A stretch of 64,000 nucleotides of DNA, taken from Longimicrobiales bacterium (GTDB lineage Bacteria; Gemmatimonadota; Gemmatimonadetes; Longimicrobiales; Gaopeijiaceae). The stretch is taken from NCBI GenBank assembly GCA_965248195.1, contig CBDFIQ010000002.1, positions 2,208,001 through 2,272,000 of the forward strand, in the 5' to 3' direction. The position numbers and the translations under genes were made by a program. Every line of letters begins with the position of its first letter. Position 1 is the first letter of the stretch. The notes beneath the pieces are model-generated. The model worked only from the letters and a program-made list of their open reading frames with translations. It had not been told where the DNA came from and ran no database searches. Positions 28,478 through 39,551 of the stretch are shown in pieces.

Positions 28478-30316
28478 TCACTCCACCGTGACCGACTTGG
28501 CCAAGTTGCGTGGTTGATCCACGTCCCTTTTCCGGTAGATGGCTGCGTGGTAAGCCAACAGCTGCAACGGGATCGAGGTGAGCACAGGCAACAGAGCGGG
28601 AACGGTCTGAGGCACCTCGATGACGTGATCCACCTTGCCGAACAGTTCCGGCGCGTCACCGCTCACGACGGCCAGGATACGGCCGCCCCGGGCGCTCACT
28701 TCCTCGATGTTGGAAACGACCTTCGCATACACAGGATCTCGTGGGGCGAGTGCGACCACGGGCATGTCTTCGTCGATGAGGGCGATAGGGCCGTGCTTCA
28801 TTTCGGCTGCCGGATATCCTTCGGCGTGGATGTAGCTCACTTCCTTGAGTTTGAGCGCTCCCTCGAGCGCCACGGGAAACTGGTATCCGCGGCCTAGATA
28901 AAGAAAATTCCGAGCGTCGCCATACTCCGCCGCGAGCTTCTTCGTAAGGGGCTCCAAGGCGAGCGCCTGCTCCACCTGATCCGGTAACTCCTGCAGCGCC
29001 GCGACAAGCTCCCTACCCTGGAGAATGGAGAGCTGCCGGCGCCGCCCGATGTAGAGTGTAAACAGCGCCAACGCCAGAATCTGATTCGTAAAGGCCTTGG
29101 TCGATGCCACCCCGATCTCCGGACCGGCGTGGAGGTATATGCCGAAGTCCGTTTTCCTGGCGATGGACGATCCGACCACGTTGACGATCCCCATGGTCGA
29201 GGCGCCCCGTGCGCGAGCCTCGTCGAGCGCCGCCAGGGTGTCGGCCGTTTCACCGGATTGGCTGATCGCCAAGACCAACGTACCGGCTTCGATCACCGGG
29301 CTCCGATACCGGAACTCGGACGCGTACTCGACCTCAACGGGTATGCCCGCGAGTTCTTCGAGCATGTACTCGCCGATGAGAGCCGCATGCCAACTCGTCC
29401 CGCAAGCTGTGATCACGATCCGGCGGATCCCCGCCAGTTCTTCGTCCGACAGCGTGATCCCACCCAGCCGCGCATCTCCGGTCTCCTCCAACAACCGTCC
29501 ACGCATGACGTTGCGAAGGCTCTCAGGCTGCTCGCAGATCTCCTTCAACATGAAATGTTCGTAGCCGCCCTTCTCGGCATCCTCGAGATTCCACTCGATC
29601 TGATGGACGGAGCGCCGTACGTCGCCCTGTTCGATGTGGAAGACGCGGTAGCCCTCGGACGTGAGGACCGCGCAATCGCCGTGGTCGAGATAAACGACGT
29701 CCTTGGTGTGTTGGATCACGGCGGAAGCGTCGGAGCCGACGAGGTTCTCACCATTCCTGCCGATTCCGATGAGCAACGGACTCCCCTTTCGGGCCACCAC
29801 GATCTTCCCCGGATCGCGGCTGCTCACGACCGCGATTCCGTACGCGCCCTCGACCTGGTCGAGCGCGGCGAGCACCGCGTCCTCGAGGGCGGAGTTCTCT
29901 CGGAAGGCCTCATCGATGAGGTGGACCATCGCCTCCGTGTCCGTCTCCGTCTCGAAGGTGTACCCGAGCTCAGAGAGCTTGGATCGAAGGACATCGGCGT
30001 TCTCGAAGATCCCGTTGTGAACCAGCGCGATGTCTCTTCCCTGACTCCAGTGGGGATGCGCGTTGACGCGGTTCGGGGCGCCATGCGTCGCCCAGCGTGT
30101 ATGCGCGATTCCGCACGTGCCTGGCGGCATACCCTCTTCCAGAACACTCTCCAACTGAACGAGCTTGCCTGCTTCCTTCACCGTGCACAGGCGGCCCTCG
30201 GGGCTGATCACGGACAATCCGGCCGAATCGTATCCCCGGTACTCAAGGCGCCGCAGACCCTCCAAGAGGATCGGACCCGCCTCTTTGGCTCCCACGTATC
30301 CGACGATTCCACACAT
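28478..30316 (-). CDS. glmS: Glutamine--fructose-6-phosphate aminotransferase
   Basis: [34 protein letters not shown]. Confidence 0.98.
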   Translation of the reverse strand: MCGIVGYVGAKEAGPILLEGLRRLEYRGYDSAGLSVISPEGRLCTVKEAGKLVQLESVLEEGMPPGTCGIAHTRWATHGAPNRVNAHPHWSQGRDIALVHNGIFENADVLRSKLSELGYTFETETDTEAMVHLIDEAFRENSALEDAVLAALDQVEGAYGIAVVSSRDPGKIVVARKGSPLLIGIGRNGENLVGSDASAVIQHTKDVVYLDHGDCAVLTSEGYRVFHIEQGDVRRSVHQIEWNLEDAEKGGYEHFMLKEICEQPESLRNVMRGRLLEETGDARLGGITLSDEELAGIRRIVITACGTSWHAALIGEYMLEELAGIPVEVEYASEFRYRSPVIEAGTLVLAISQSGETADTLAALDEARARGASTMGIVNVVGSSIARKTDFGIYLHAGPEIGVASTKAFTNQILALALFTLYIGRRRQLSILQGRELVAALQELPDQVEQALALEPLTKKLAAEYGDARNFLYLGRGYQFPVALEGALKLKEVSYIHAEGYPAAEMKHGPIALIDEDMPVVALAPRDPVYAKVVSNIEEVSARGGRILAVVSGDAPELFGKVDHVIEVPQTVPALLPVLTSIPLQLLAYHAAIYRKRDVDQPRNLAKSVTVE

Positions 30317-30376
30317 GTCGCTGCGTCCTCCGGTTCTTGCGACTTGATACTACATTACCTGGTCTGCGACTCCGAA

Positions 30377-31777
30377 CTACATCAGCCCTTCCAGAACGGC
30401 GGTCGCCCGGTCGATCAACTCTTCCGCCTCGCTCCGCCCAGGCGCCTCCGCAATCAGACGCACGACCGGCTCCGTACCCGAGGGCCGGACGTGTAGCCAG
30501 GCCTGACGTTCTGCCCAATGCAAGCGAGCACCATCGGCCGAGTCGAAACCGTCGCTCGCGAGCTGGCGCTCCAACTCGGCATACGCGTCGGAAAGCGCTT
30601 CCCTCGGAAAGTCGATCTTCGCCTTCACGATCGTATATGACGGCCAACGATCCACGGCGGCCGAAAGCGTCGATCCCTCGTCTACCAAATGCTGTAAGAT
30701 AAGTGCCGAAGCCACGGGCGCATCTCGCGTATGGTGGAGGTCGGGGAGGATCACGCCACCGTTCCCCTCTCCCCCCACGACCGCACCCTCGGATTGCATA
30801 CGACGCGCCACGTGGATCTCCCCGACCGGCGCTCGGACGAGCTCGCCTCCGTGAGCACGAACTACGTCCTCCACGACGCGACTGGTGGAGAGGTTCGTCA
30901 CGACAATCCCGGGGGTCCTCCGGAGCACCACCGCAGAGGCGAGTGCGAGCGTCAGATCCTCCCCCAAAGGAACGCCGCTCTCGTTTACGAGTGACAGTCG
31001 GTCCACATCGGGATCGACCGCCAATCCAAGATCCGCGCCCTCGCCGCGCGCGAAGTCGGCGAACTCGGCGAGGTTTTCCGCCGTCGGCTCGGGATCCCGC
31101 GGAAAACGTCCGTCCATCTCGGTGTTGATCGCTACGACGTCGCACCCTAACCCATCGAGAAGCTGGGGCATGATCGTGGCCCCAGCGCCTCGCACGCAGT
31201 CGAGGGCGACCTTGAACGCCCGGGCGCGCAACGCCGGAAGATCCAACTGTGGCAATTCGAGGATGGCTTCCAGGTGACGGCCTGCGGCGCCATCGTCGGC
31301 CCTCAGGTTACCGAGCCCGTCCCAGGAGGCGCGGACGGGATCTTCATGCAGAGCGAAGTCGAGGAAAGCCGACATCGTCCCGGCATCCAGAAATGTGCCC
31401 TCCGGGGCCGCAAGTTTGAGCGCGTTCCACTCCGCCGGATTGTGGCTGGCCGTGACTTCGATGCCGCCGAGGGCATCCGAGTTCTCCACGGCGAGCATGA
31501 GCGTGGGCGTGGACACGACGCCAAGATCCACGACGTCGCAGCCGACGGACACCAGGCCCGATGATGCGGCGCCGACGAGCATCGGCCCCGAGGTCCGGGA
31601 GTCTCTTCCGACCAGGATGTCACCGCCCCTGGCGTCTTCAGTACCCGCCGAGCGTCTTACGAAGGCCCCGAAAGCCGCGGCCAAAGAACACACGAGTTCG
31701 GGCGTCAACGGGTCACCTACCCTTCCCCGAAATCCCGCTACACTCACGACGAGCCCGTCGGGAATCATCAAAGGCAT
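30377..31777 (-). CDS. glmM: Phosphoglucosamine mutase
   Basis: TASHNP, DPDVDR, GEGNGG, RPSGTEP; lies upstream of glmS. Confidence 0.88.
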   Translation of the reverse strand: MPLMIPDGLVVSVAGFRGRVGDPLTPELVCSLAAAFGAFVRRSAGTEDARGGDILVGRDSRTSGPMLVGAASSGLVSVGCDVVDLGVVSTPTLMLAVENSDALGGIEVTASHNPAEWNALKLAAPEGTFLDAGTMSAFLDFALHEDPVRASWDGLGNLRADDGAAGRHLEAILELPQLDLPALRARAFKVALDCVRGAGATIMPQLLDGLGCDVVAINTEMDGRFPRDPEPTAENLAEFADFARGEGADLGLAVDPDVDRLSLVNESGVPLGEDLTLALASAVVLRRTPGIVVTNLSTSRVVEDVVRAHGGELVRAPVGEIHVARRMQSEGAVVGGEGNGGVILPDLHHTRDAPVASALILQHLVDEGSTLSAAVDRWPSYTIVKAKIDFPREALSDAYAELERQLASDGFDSADGARLHWAERQAWLHVRPSGTEPVVRLIAEAPGRSEAEELIDRATAVLEGLM

Positions 31778-32071
31778 GTAGTCAGAAGCCTTCCGGGCAC
31801 AGGGCCACAGCCTCTTGGAGTCCTGGGCCACCCGGATGGGGCGGCCCCACGAACACTACCCAGGGTGCTGGAGCACCGTCAACGACCGCGGGAAGCTTTG
31901 TACAAGTTGTCCAGAGGTTCCGTGGGTGGCACCGGCGGGGAAGCCCCGGGTACAAGCGGGCCGTTCATCGCAGGCCTAGCCGATCGCCCGTGCGGTGCAA
32001 CACGTCTTTCCCGGTGTCGATCAAAGCATCCGGGATATCGCTACCTGAACCGACCGAACACGAGGAACTGA

Positions 32072-33232
32072 ATGAAGCATCCACCGTCGGACGGGAGCCG
32101 TTTCGGGACCCTCGCGGTACACGCCGGTCAGGAGCCCGAACCGATGACGGGTGCGATAACGGCGCCAATCTTCCAGACTTCCACCTACGTCCAGCCGGAC
32201 GTCGCCGTACCGAAGCAAGGGTACGATTACGCTCGCGTAAAGAACCCGACTGTAGAGGCGCTCGAACGGAAGGTCGCGGCCCTCGAGGGCGGGACTCGCG
32301 GAGTCGCGTTCTCGAGCGGGCTGGCGGCAATCGAAGCGGTGGTCAAGCGCCTCTCCGCAGGCGATCACGTGGTGTGCGAAGAGAATACGTACGGCGGCGT
32401 GACACGCATGTACACGCGTGTGCTCGCGAAGCTCGGGCTGGAATTTTCCTTCGTGGACACGAGGACTCCGGAGCGGATACGGGACGCGATGCGGCCCAAC
32501 ACCCGACTGGTCCATGTCGAAACGCCCACGAACCCGATGATGAGGATCTGCGATATTCGGGCGGCAGCCGACATCGCACACGAGGGAAACGCCATCCTCA
32601 TGGTGGACAGCACATTCGCGTCACCGTTCAACCAGCGGCCCCTCGATTTGGGCGCGGACGTGAGTATGCATTCCTCCACGAAGTACCTGAACGGACATTC
32701 CGACATCATCGGCGGTGTGCTCGTGGTCAACGATGACGACCTCGCCGAAGAGATTCTTTTCGTCCGGAAATCTTCCGGAGCCGTCCCGGGGCCGATGGAC
32801 GCCTGGTTATGCCTTCGCGGCACCAAAACGCTCCACGTTCGCATGGCCCGCCATAACGAGAACGGATTGGCCGTAGCCGGATTCCTGGAGGCGCACAGCG
32901 CCATCGATCGGGTCATCTACCCGGGTCTGGAGTCGCACCCCCAGCATGAGTTGGCAGCACGCCAGATGTCGGGCTACAGTGGAATGGTGGCACTCGACGT
33001 GAGCGACCTGGCACGGGCCCGAGCTCTGGCCACCGGCACTCGTGTGTTCCAGCTTGCGGAGAGTTTGGGCGGTGTCCAATCGCTCATCAGCGTCCCGGCG
33101 CTTCAGACCCACGCATCGGTGCCGAAGGAGATGCGTGAGGCGATGGGCGTCACCGAGGGCCTGGTACGGCTTTCGGTCGGCATCGAGGAGGTCGAAGATC
33201 TAATCCAAGACCTGGACCAGGCGCTGGTCTGA
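32072..33232 (+). CDS. Cystathionine gamma-lyase/synthase (Cys/Met metabolism PLP enzyme)
   Basis: PIFQTSTY, ETPTNP, HSSTKYLNGHSD, LAESLGGV, RLSVGIE. Confidence 0.92.
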   Translation: MKHPPSDGSRFGTLAVHAGQEPEPMTGAITAPIFQTSTYVQPDVAVPKQGYDYARVKNPTVEALERKVAALEGGTRGVAFSSGLAAIEAVVKRLSAGDHVVCEENTYGGVTRMYTRVLAKLGLEFSFVDTRTPERIRDAMRPNTRLVHVETPTNPMMRICDIRAAADIAHEGNAILMVDSTFASPFNQRPLDLGADVSMHSSTKYLNGHSDIIGGVLVVNDDDLAEEILFVRKSSGAVPGPMDAWLCLRGTKTLHVRMARHNENGLAVAGFLEAHSAIDRVIYPGLESHPQHELAARQMSGYSGMVALDVSDLARARALATGTRVFQLAESLGGVQSLISVPALQTHASVPKEMREAMGVTEGLVRLSVGIEEVEDLIQDLDQALV

Positions 33233-33258
33233 AACGGGGCCGCCCCGCCGCGGCGTCC

Positions 33259-33286
33259 TGAAACTTACCCGCCGAGTGGAGCGTAA
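33259..33286 (+). promoter_or_regulatory. ECF (SigW-like) promoter upstream of the M48 peptidase
   Basis: TGAAACTT-N15-CGTAA, the same motif and spacing as at 41050. Confidence 0.6.
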
Positions 33287-33347
33287 AGCCGGATAGAGCG
33301 GAGGGCTACTCGCCCGTACCGCACGCATCATAAGGAGATCGACAGCC

Positions 33348-34373
33348 ATGGCTGAGAACGACCTAGACGACGGAAACGACCAGGAAAACGGGAACGGCCG
33401 AGACGAACAGGACCCGAGAGCCACGCGCGTGCTGAAGGACATCGCTCCACGTGCCTGGGAGCACCCGGCAGACCGGGCCGCACTGGCGGCGTTAAGAAGG
33501 ATTCCGGTGTTCGACGACGTGCTCCGCAAACTCTTCGGCTTCTTCGGGGAGAAACCGATTCGCCTGGCGTTCCTCGCAAGCTCCGTAAGAGTCTCGGAAC
33601 GGCAGTTCCCACGAGTTTGGAGCCTCTATCAGGACGTTCTGCGGACGCTCGACGCGCCGAAGGATTATCCGCTCTTCGTCTCGCAGACGCCGATCGTCAA
33701 CGCCGGCGCCTACGGGATGGACGAGCCGTTCATCATCCTGAACTCGGGCACCGTGAATCTTCTCGACGACGAGCAGCTGTCATACGTCATGGGTCATGAG
33801 CTCGGCCACATCATGAGTGACCATGTTCTCTACCGGACGATGACCGTCCTGCTGATTCAACTCGCAAGCATGGGGTTCCCGATCGTCGGACTCTCCGCCC
33901 GGGCCATCCTCGTCGCACTCCTCGAGTGGTCCAGAAAGAGTGAGCTGTCGAGCGATCGGGCCGGGTTGCTGGCCATCCAGGACCCCCAACGGGTCATGGG
34001 CACGATGCTGAAGATGGCTGGCGGGGGGGACGACGACGAGATGAATTTGGACGAGTTCATCATCCAGGCGGAGGAGTACCGGGAATCCGGCGACGTTGCG
34101 GATCAGGTCTTCAAAGTTCTCAACCTCATGGGCCAGAGCCATCCCTTCTACGTCCTGCGCGTGGCTGAAATTCGCTCGTGGATCGAGGACGGCGAATACG
34201 ACCGGATCGTTCGCGGTGAATACCAGCACCGGGGAGACCCAGACCCGGCGTACAATGAGGATCTGACGGACGCGGCCAAAGCATACGCAGAAGGAGCCAA
34301 GGACCTCTTTGGCCAAGTCGCAGATGCGGCCAAGCGGATGGCCGACGATATCATGGGAAGCGTCAAACGGTAG
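33348..34373 (+). CDS. M48-family Zn metallopeptidase
   Basis: WEHPADR, NAGAYG, GHELGH, ELSSDRAG, SHP; AAGGAG RBS. Confidence 0.92.
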   Translation: MAENDLDDGNDQENGNGRDEQDPRATRVLKDIAPRAWEHPADRAALAALRRIPVFDDVLRKLFGFFGEKPIRLAFLASSVRVSERQFPRVWSLYQDVLRTLDAPKDYPLFVSQTPIVNAGAYGMDEPFIILNSGTVNLLDDEQLSYVMGHELGHIMSDHVLYRTMTVLLIQLASMGFPIVGLSARAILVALLEWSRKSELSSDRAGLLAIQDPQRVMGTMLKMAGGGDDDEMNLDEFIIQAEEYRESGDVADQVFKVLNLMGQSHPFYVLRVAEIRSWIEDGEYDRIVRGEYQHRGDPDPAYNEDLTDAAKAYAEGAKDLFGQVADAAKRMADDIMGSVKR

Positions 34374-34384
34374 ACTGGGGGGCC

Positions 34385-35677
34385 ATGCGAATCCTCATCG
34401 TCGGAAACGGAGGCCGAGAGCATGCGCTGGCGTGGAAGCTTCTCAGAGATGCGCCCGAAGCCACACTGTTCGTTACGCAGCCGAATGGGGGGATGACCTC
34501 AGGCGTCGAGCCCGTCGCGATCGCGCCCGGCGACGTCGAGGCACTCACCGGCTGGGCTGCCGCACAGAACATCGACCTGGTCGTCGTCGGACCGGAGGCC
34601 CCGCTCGCAACCGGTTTGGCGGACCGCCTCGAGCGCGGCGGAATCCCCACGTTCGGGCCCACGAAGGCGGCCGCTCGCATCGAGTCCAGCAAGAGCTATG
34701 CAAAGGCGTTGATGCAACGAGCCGGCGTCCCCACGGCGGACTTCGCGTCGTTCGTCGACCACCGCGAGGCCTCCGCCTACGTGCGGGAACATGGCGGGCC
34801 CATGGTCGTGAAGGCTTCCGGGCTGGCGGCCGGGAAGGGTGCCGTCGTTTGCGAGACGGTCGAGGAGGCCCTCCGATCTCTCGAGAGTATCATGGCCGAC
34901 CGGGCCTTCGGGGAGGCAGGCAGGGAGGTCGTCGTCGAGGAGTTCATGCAAGGGGAGGAGATGTCGGTTTTCGCGTTGGCGGACGGCCGTGATGCCGTGC
35001 TGATGCTCCCCTCGCAGGATCATAAGCGCGTGGGTGAGGGGGATGTGGGACCAAACACCGGCGGCATGGGTGCGTACGCGCCCGTCTCCCTCTCCTCCGA
35101 TGTACTCCTGTTACAGATCCACGACGAGATTATCGTGCCGACATTGGCCGCGCTCGCCGAAGACGATTCCGAATTCCGGGGAGTCCTATACGCGGGAATC
35201 ATGCTCACCGAGGACGGACCCCGGGTCGTGGAGTTCAACTGCCGCTTTGGCGACCCGGAAATTCAGGTGGTCCTTCCGTTGCTGGAGTCATCCCTTCTCG
35301 ACCCGATCTTGGAGATCGCGCGGGGAGGGCGGCTCGGGGGCGCCACCCTGGAGTGGAGTGAAGGGACGGCCCTCACCACCGTGCTCGCGTCGGAGGGATA
35401 TCCGGGTCCCTACCCCAAGCGTCGCGCGATCCACATTCCGGAGTCGGTGACGGACGATCCGGATGTGCTCCTCTTTCACGCAGGCACGACATCGGGTTCC
35501 GATGGGCTCGAGACCTCCGGAGGGCGCGTAATCGCTGCCACCGGATTGGGTGCGACGCTGAGCCAGGCGGCCTCGAAAAGCCGAGCAGCGGCGACCGCCA
35601 TCGATTTCTCCGGGAAACAATTTCGGAGGGACATCGGCTGGAGAGAGTTCGCACGGGCCGAGCGAGACTCTCGCTAA
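34385..35677 (+). CDS. purD: Phosphoribosylamine--glycine ligase
   Basis: GNGGREHAL, VGPEAPL, QDHKR, GPNTGGMGAY, EFNCRFGDPE. Confidence 0.97.
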   Translation: MRILIVGNGGREHALAWKLLRDAPEATLFVTQPNGGMTSGVEPVAIAPGDVEALTGWAAAQNIDLVVVGPEAPLATGLADRLERGGIPTFGPTKAAARIESSKSYAKALMQRAGVPTADFASFVDHREASAYVREHGGPMVVKASGLAAGKGAVVCETVEEALRSLESIMADRAFGEAGREVVVEEFMQGEEMSVFALADGRDAVLMLPSQDHKRVGEGDVGPNTGGMGAYAPVSLSSDVLLLQIHDEIIVPTLAALAEDDSEFRGVLYAGIMLTEDGPRVVEFNCRFGDPEIQVVLPLLESSLLDPILEIARGGRLGGATLEWSEGTALTTVLASEGYPGPYPKRRAIHIPESVTDDPDVLLFHAGTTSGSDGLETSGGRVIAATGLGATLSQAASKSRAAATAIDFSGKQFRRDIGWREFARAERDSR

Positions 35678-35703
35678 ACACCCATCCCCTATCGCACCCG
35701 CCC

Positions 35704-36537
35704 ATGCCTGAGCTACCGGAGGTCGAGACCATCGTCCGGGGCCTTCGCCCCACCCTCCCCGGGAAAACGATCCAACACCTCCAGATCATTCACGCAGACG
35801 TCCTTCGCCAACCGTCGACGGACTTTTCCGACCGTCTGCGAGGCCGCGTATTCGAATCGGTTCACCGGCGAGGGAAGAACATCGTTGCGCACCTGACTGG
35901 GGGTACGGTCCTGGTCGTGAACCTGGGCATGACCGGCCGCCTCGTGCTGGCCCAAGACCAGACACGGATGACCCACCCCGCGGTGCGTTTTACCCTGAGC
36001 GCGGGGCCCGTGCTCGTCTACGACGACGTTCGCCGCTTTGGAGCGGTGGAGGCGATGGACGGGGCGGAATGGGCCGCGCGCGATCAACGCCTTGGGCCTG
36101 AGCCGCTCTCTGCTAGCTTTAGCGCCCGGCGGTTGCACGCGGACCTCTCCCGGTCCATCTCACCGATCCGGTCGTGGCTGCTGGATCAGCGCCGGGTGGC
36201 GGGGGTAGGCAACATCTACGCGAACGAGGCGCTTCACCTGGCTGGCATTCACCCGCAGCGACCGGCCAGGTCCGTCAACGAAGGCGAAGCCCGCAAGCTC
36301 CATAGAGCCCTCCGCCGGACCCTGCGGCGCGCCGTGGAAAACCGGGGAACGACGCTCAGGGACTACCGGGACGCCTCCGGAAATCCCGGTGACAACGCGA
36401 CGCATTTGCGAGTCTACGGAAGAGGCCAGGAGCCCTGCCTCCGCTGCTCTACGAGGATCTGTCGATTGGTATTCGGAAATCGCACGGCTTTTTTTTGCCC
36501 CAGTTGCCAACCCGGCGGAACGGGTGAAATCGAGTGA
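35704..36537 (+). CDS. mutM: Formamidopyrimidine-DNA glycosylase
   Basis: MPELPEVET, LLDQ..VAGVGNIYA.E, C-terminal CxxC...CxxC zinc finger. Confidence 0.97.
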   Translation: MPELPEVETIVRGLRPTLPGKTIQHLQIIHADVLRQPSTDFSDRLRGRVFESVHRRGKNIVAHLTGGTVLVVNLGMTGRLVLAQDQTRMTHPAVRFTLSAGPVLVYDDVRRFGAVEAMDGAEWAARDQRLGPEPLSASFSARRLHADLSRSISPIRSWLLDQRRVAGVGNIYANEALHLAGIHPQRPARSVNEGEARKLHRALRRTLRRAVENRGTTLRDYRDASGNPGDNATHLRVYGRGQEPCLRCSTRICRLVFGNRTAFFCPSCQPGGTGEIE

Positions 36538-38066
36538 CGGGTAGGCACGACGTGGTCCGCCCGGCCTTCCGCTGGGTCGTAGTGATGGCAGTGCTCACCG
36601 GATGGGTCGGCGCGTGGGCACGGGCAGGGAGCTCCCAGGCTCTCACCGGGACGCAACTGCCTGTGGTCGAGCACGAGCTCGCCAACGGTATGCGCTGGCT
36701 GGTGCTACCTCGGACAGCCTCACCCACGGTTTCCTTCATCGTGAAATTTCGGGTCGGGGCCGTTAACGAGGTTCGAGGGCAGACGGGCATGGCCCACCTA
36801 CTCGAACACCTACTGTTCAAGGGGACCGAGACGCTCGGGACCCGGGACGCCACCGCCGAACGTGTACTCTTCGTGCACATGGATGCTCTTCAGGATTCGA
36901 TCCTGGCGCTCGAGGCGAGAGCCGATACCACCGCAGTACCCATGCTCAAAGAAAGGATCGACTCGCTGGAGACGGAGGCGAGAGCGTATGTGCTGCCCAA
37001 CGAGTTCGAGAGGGTCCTGTCGACGAACGGCGGTCGCGGCCTCAACGCCACCACGGACTGGGAGTCCACGACCTACTTCGTGGAACTGCCGGCGAACCGT
37101 GCACAGCTTTGGTTTCTCCTCGAATCAGACCGGATGGCCAACCCGGTGTTCCGGGAGTTCTACGCCGAGAGGGACATCGTCGCCGAAGAACGCCGGCTAC
37201 GGGTGGAGACGAATCCCGGCGGGCTGCTTTTCGAAGCCCACATGGCCGCGGCGTTCACCACGCATCCATACGGACAGCCAGTCGTAGGCTACATGGCAGA
37301 TATCCAACGACTCCGTCGGCCGGACGTGGAGGCCTATTTTCGTCGCTATTATGGGCCCAGCAACGCCGTCGTCACCGTCGTCGGAGACGTCGACGCCGAT
37401 CAAATTCTTGCTTGGGCCGATGAATATTTCGGAGATCTTCCCGCCAGTGAGACTCCGGGCCCGATCCTGTCGAGGGAGCCCGCCCAAAGGGGAGAACGAA
37501 GAGTGGAGGTCACTTTCGACGCCGAGCCCCAGGTGCGTATCGGTTGGCTGGTCGTCGAAACTTCGCACCCAGACGCACCGGCCCTTTCGATCCTCTCCTG
37601 GCTCCTCACCGGAGGACGCACGTCGAGGCTACATCGGCGCCTCGTGATTGAGGATCGAGTCGCGACGGCGATCTATTCGTCGATGGGCCCCGGCGTCCGG
37701 TTTCCCGCAATCTTTACGATCGATGCCACGCCCCGTTTCCCCAGCAATACCGACGATGTCGAGGCCGTCGTGTACGCCGAGTTCGACTCCCTTCAGCGAA
37801 CGCCTCCGTCCGAGCGCGAGATGCAGCGAATTCGAAATCAGCTCGAGGCGGGTGAGTTTCGGCGGCTGACATCGAACTTGGGCCTTGCGCTCCAGCTGGC
37901 GGGGTCCGCCTCCGCCTTCGGCGATTGGCGCGCGACGTTCAGTTTTACAGATCGCCTGGCGGCGGTCGAGCCCGAAGACGTGCGCCGGGTAGCACGGCGA
38001 TTCTTTACTCGGGATCATCGAACTGTAGCCACCGTGGTTCGCCCCGACTCGGTGGCCGGTCGTTGA
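36534..38066 (+). CDS. M16 (pitrilysin-like) peptidase, catalytic subunit
   Basis: AHLLEHLLFKGT (HxxEH), EERR, HPY; signal peptide. Confidence 0.92.
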   Translation: MTGRHDVVRPAFRWVVVMAVLTGWVGAWARAGSSQALTGTQLPVVEHELANGMRWLVLPRTASPTVSFIVKFRVGAVNEVRGQTGMAHLLEHLLFKGTETLGTRDATAERVLFVHMDALQDSILALEARADTTAVPMLKERIDSLETEARAYVLPNEFERVLSTNGGRGLNATTDWESTTYFVELPANRAQLWFLLESDRMANPVFREFYAERDIVAEERRLRVETNPGGLLFEAHMAAAFTTHPYGQPVVGYMADIQRLRRPDVEAYFRRYYGPSNAVVTVVGDVDADQILAWADEYFGDLPASETPGPILSREPAQRGERRVEVTFDAEPQVRIGWLVVETSHPDAPALSILSWLLTGGRTSRLHRRLVIEDRVATAIYSSMGPGVRFPAIFTIDATPRFPSNTDDVEAVVYAEFDSLQRTPPSEREMQRIRNQLEAGEFRRLTSNLGLALQLAGSASAFGDWRATFSFTDRLAAVEPEDVRRVARRFFTRDHRTVATVVRPDSVAGR

Positions 38067-39538
38067 GTTTGCTTCGGCCGGCGAGGCCCCGGTTCGCCCG
38101 GGTCATCGCTCTGGTGTGGGTCAGCTTCCCGATGGGGTTGTTTGCGCAGGAGACCACGAGGTCGGCACTCGCCGCGATGGAGTTCGCACCCTTGGAATTC
38201 CGGCAACCGGATCCTGTACAACATCGCGTTGATCCCGGAGTGGAGGTCTTCTTCGTCGAAGACCACTCGCTACCCCTAGTGTCCGTGTTCGCCCGCTTCC
38301 GTGGTGGGCCCTCGTACTTTTCGAGGGAGGAGCATGGGGCCGCGACCGCTGTTCCGCTGCTCCTTCGCTCGGGGGGCACCCTCGATCTTTCCCCCGACTC
38401 CGTCGACGAGCTCCTGGAGTTCTACGCCGCCCAGACCTCTTTCGGGGGAGGAGGCCCGTCCTCGTTCAGTTCGTTCAACACTCTGACGCGTTACCTGGAC
38501 GAGGTGCTCGAGGTCTGGGGTTCTCTGCTGAGGAACCCGGGCTTCGATGCAACCCGCGTCGAGGTATGGCGTGGCCAGCGACTCGACAACGTGAGGAGGC
38601 AGTCGGACGTCCCTGCGCGGTTGGCGATCTCCAAGTTCAACGACCTTTTGTTCGACGATCACCCCGTGGGGTGGGAACTGCGGCCCGAGGATCTCGATCC
38701 GGAAGATCTAGCCCCGGAGGCCCTGTATTCGGTACACCGGAGGATCTTCTGTTGGGGGAACCTCACGCTGGGCGTCACGGGAGACGTCACCTGGAACGAA
38801 ATGCGTCCGAAATTAGAGCGGCTACTCGACCGATGGCCTTCGTGTGACGGTGATCTCGAGCCTCCTCCGCCGCCGACGTTCTCCGTCGAGTCCGGAGTGT
38901 ATGTCATTCAGAAAGACCTCGCCCAGAGCACAATTATCATCGGGAAACCGAGTGACGTGCGTTTGGCTGATAACGAGGACTATTTCGCCGCGCAAATAGG
39001 TAATTCCATCCTGGGAGGCGCGGGCCTCACAAGCCGCCTCGCACGTCGGGTCCGTACCGAGGAGGGGCTCGCGTATGGGGTGGCTTCAGTATGGACCACG
39101 CCCAGGCGGTCAGGGGGAATCATCGCCGCAACCACCCAAACGAAGAGTGAGTCGACCGTTCAAGCGATCCGCCTCATTGCCGAGACCCTCGGGGAAATAG
39201 CGTCGAGCCCCCCGGATGACGCGGAGGTGCGTGATGCGGTCGACCGGATCGTGAACGGTTTCATCTTCAATTTTCAAACTCCGGCCCTGCTCGTATCCCG
39301 CCAGATGCTCTATCTGAGCCAGAATCTTCCCCTCGATTGGTTGCCTCGGTTTCTCGAGGGGGTTCAGGGCGTGACTCCAGACGGCGTCCACGAAGTCTTC
39401 CGCAGGAACCTGGCCCCGAACGGGCTGGACGATATGGTGATCGTCATCGTGGGTGACCCGGCAGGTTTCGATCCCGGCTTGGAAGACCTGGGCCCCGTTC
39501 GGATTCTGGCTGAGGACCAAGCGCCGCCCCGTCGCTGA
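38063..39538 (+). CDS. M16 peptidase, non-catalytic partner subunit
   Basis: No HxxEH; SRLARRVRTEEGLAY motif; the TTG start overlaps the upstream stop. Confidence 0.88.
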   Translation: MSLLRPARPRFARVIALVWVSFPMGLFAQETTRSALAAMEFAPLEFRQPDPVQHRVDPGVEVFFVEDHSLPLVSVFARFRGGPSYFSREEHGAATAVPLLLRSGGTLDLSPDSVDELLEFYAAQTSFGGGGPSSFSSFNTLTRYLDEVLEVWGSLLRNPGFDATRVEVWRGQRLDNVRRQSDVPARLAISKFNDLLFDDHPVGWELRPEDLDPEDLAPEALYSVHRRIFCWGNLTLGVTGDVTWNEMRPKLERLLDRWPSCDGDLEPPPPPTFSVESGVYVIQKDLAQSTIIIGKPSDVRLADNEDYFAAQIGNSILGGAGLTSRLARRVRTEEGLAYGVASVWTTPRRSGGIIAATTQTKSESTVQAIRLIAETLGEIASSPPDDAEVRDAVDRIVNGFIFNFQTPALLVSRQMLYLSQNLPLDWLPRFLEGVQGVTPDGVHEVFRRNLAPNGLDDMVIVIVGDPAGFDPGLEDLGPVRILAEDQAPPRR

Positions 39539-39551
39539 CGAAGGCTCTAGA

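Noticed and set aside
30317..30376. glmS ribozyme upstream of glmS
   Set aside because: Only 60 nt separate glmM and glmS, and no recognisable ribozyme core is present.
24308..31145. Long alternative-frame or antisense ORFs (369, 416, 308, 455 and 300 aa)
   Set aside because: They overlap DUF5916, MBL, glmS and glmM, and have the Arg/Pro-rich or featureless composition typical of shadow ORFs.
31780..32071. SAM riboswitch or T-box upstream of the metB-like gene
   Set aside because: No conserved riboswitch motifs were recognised.
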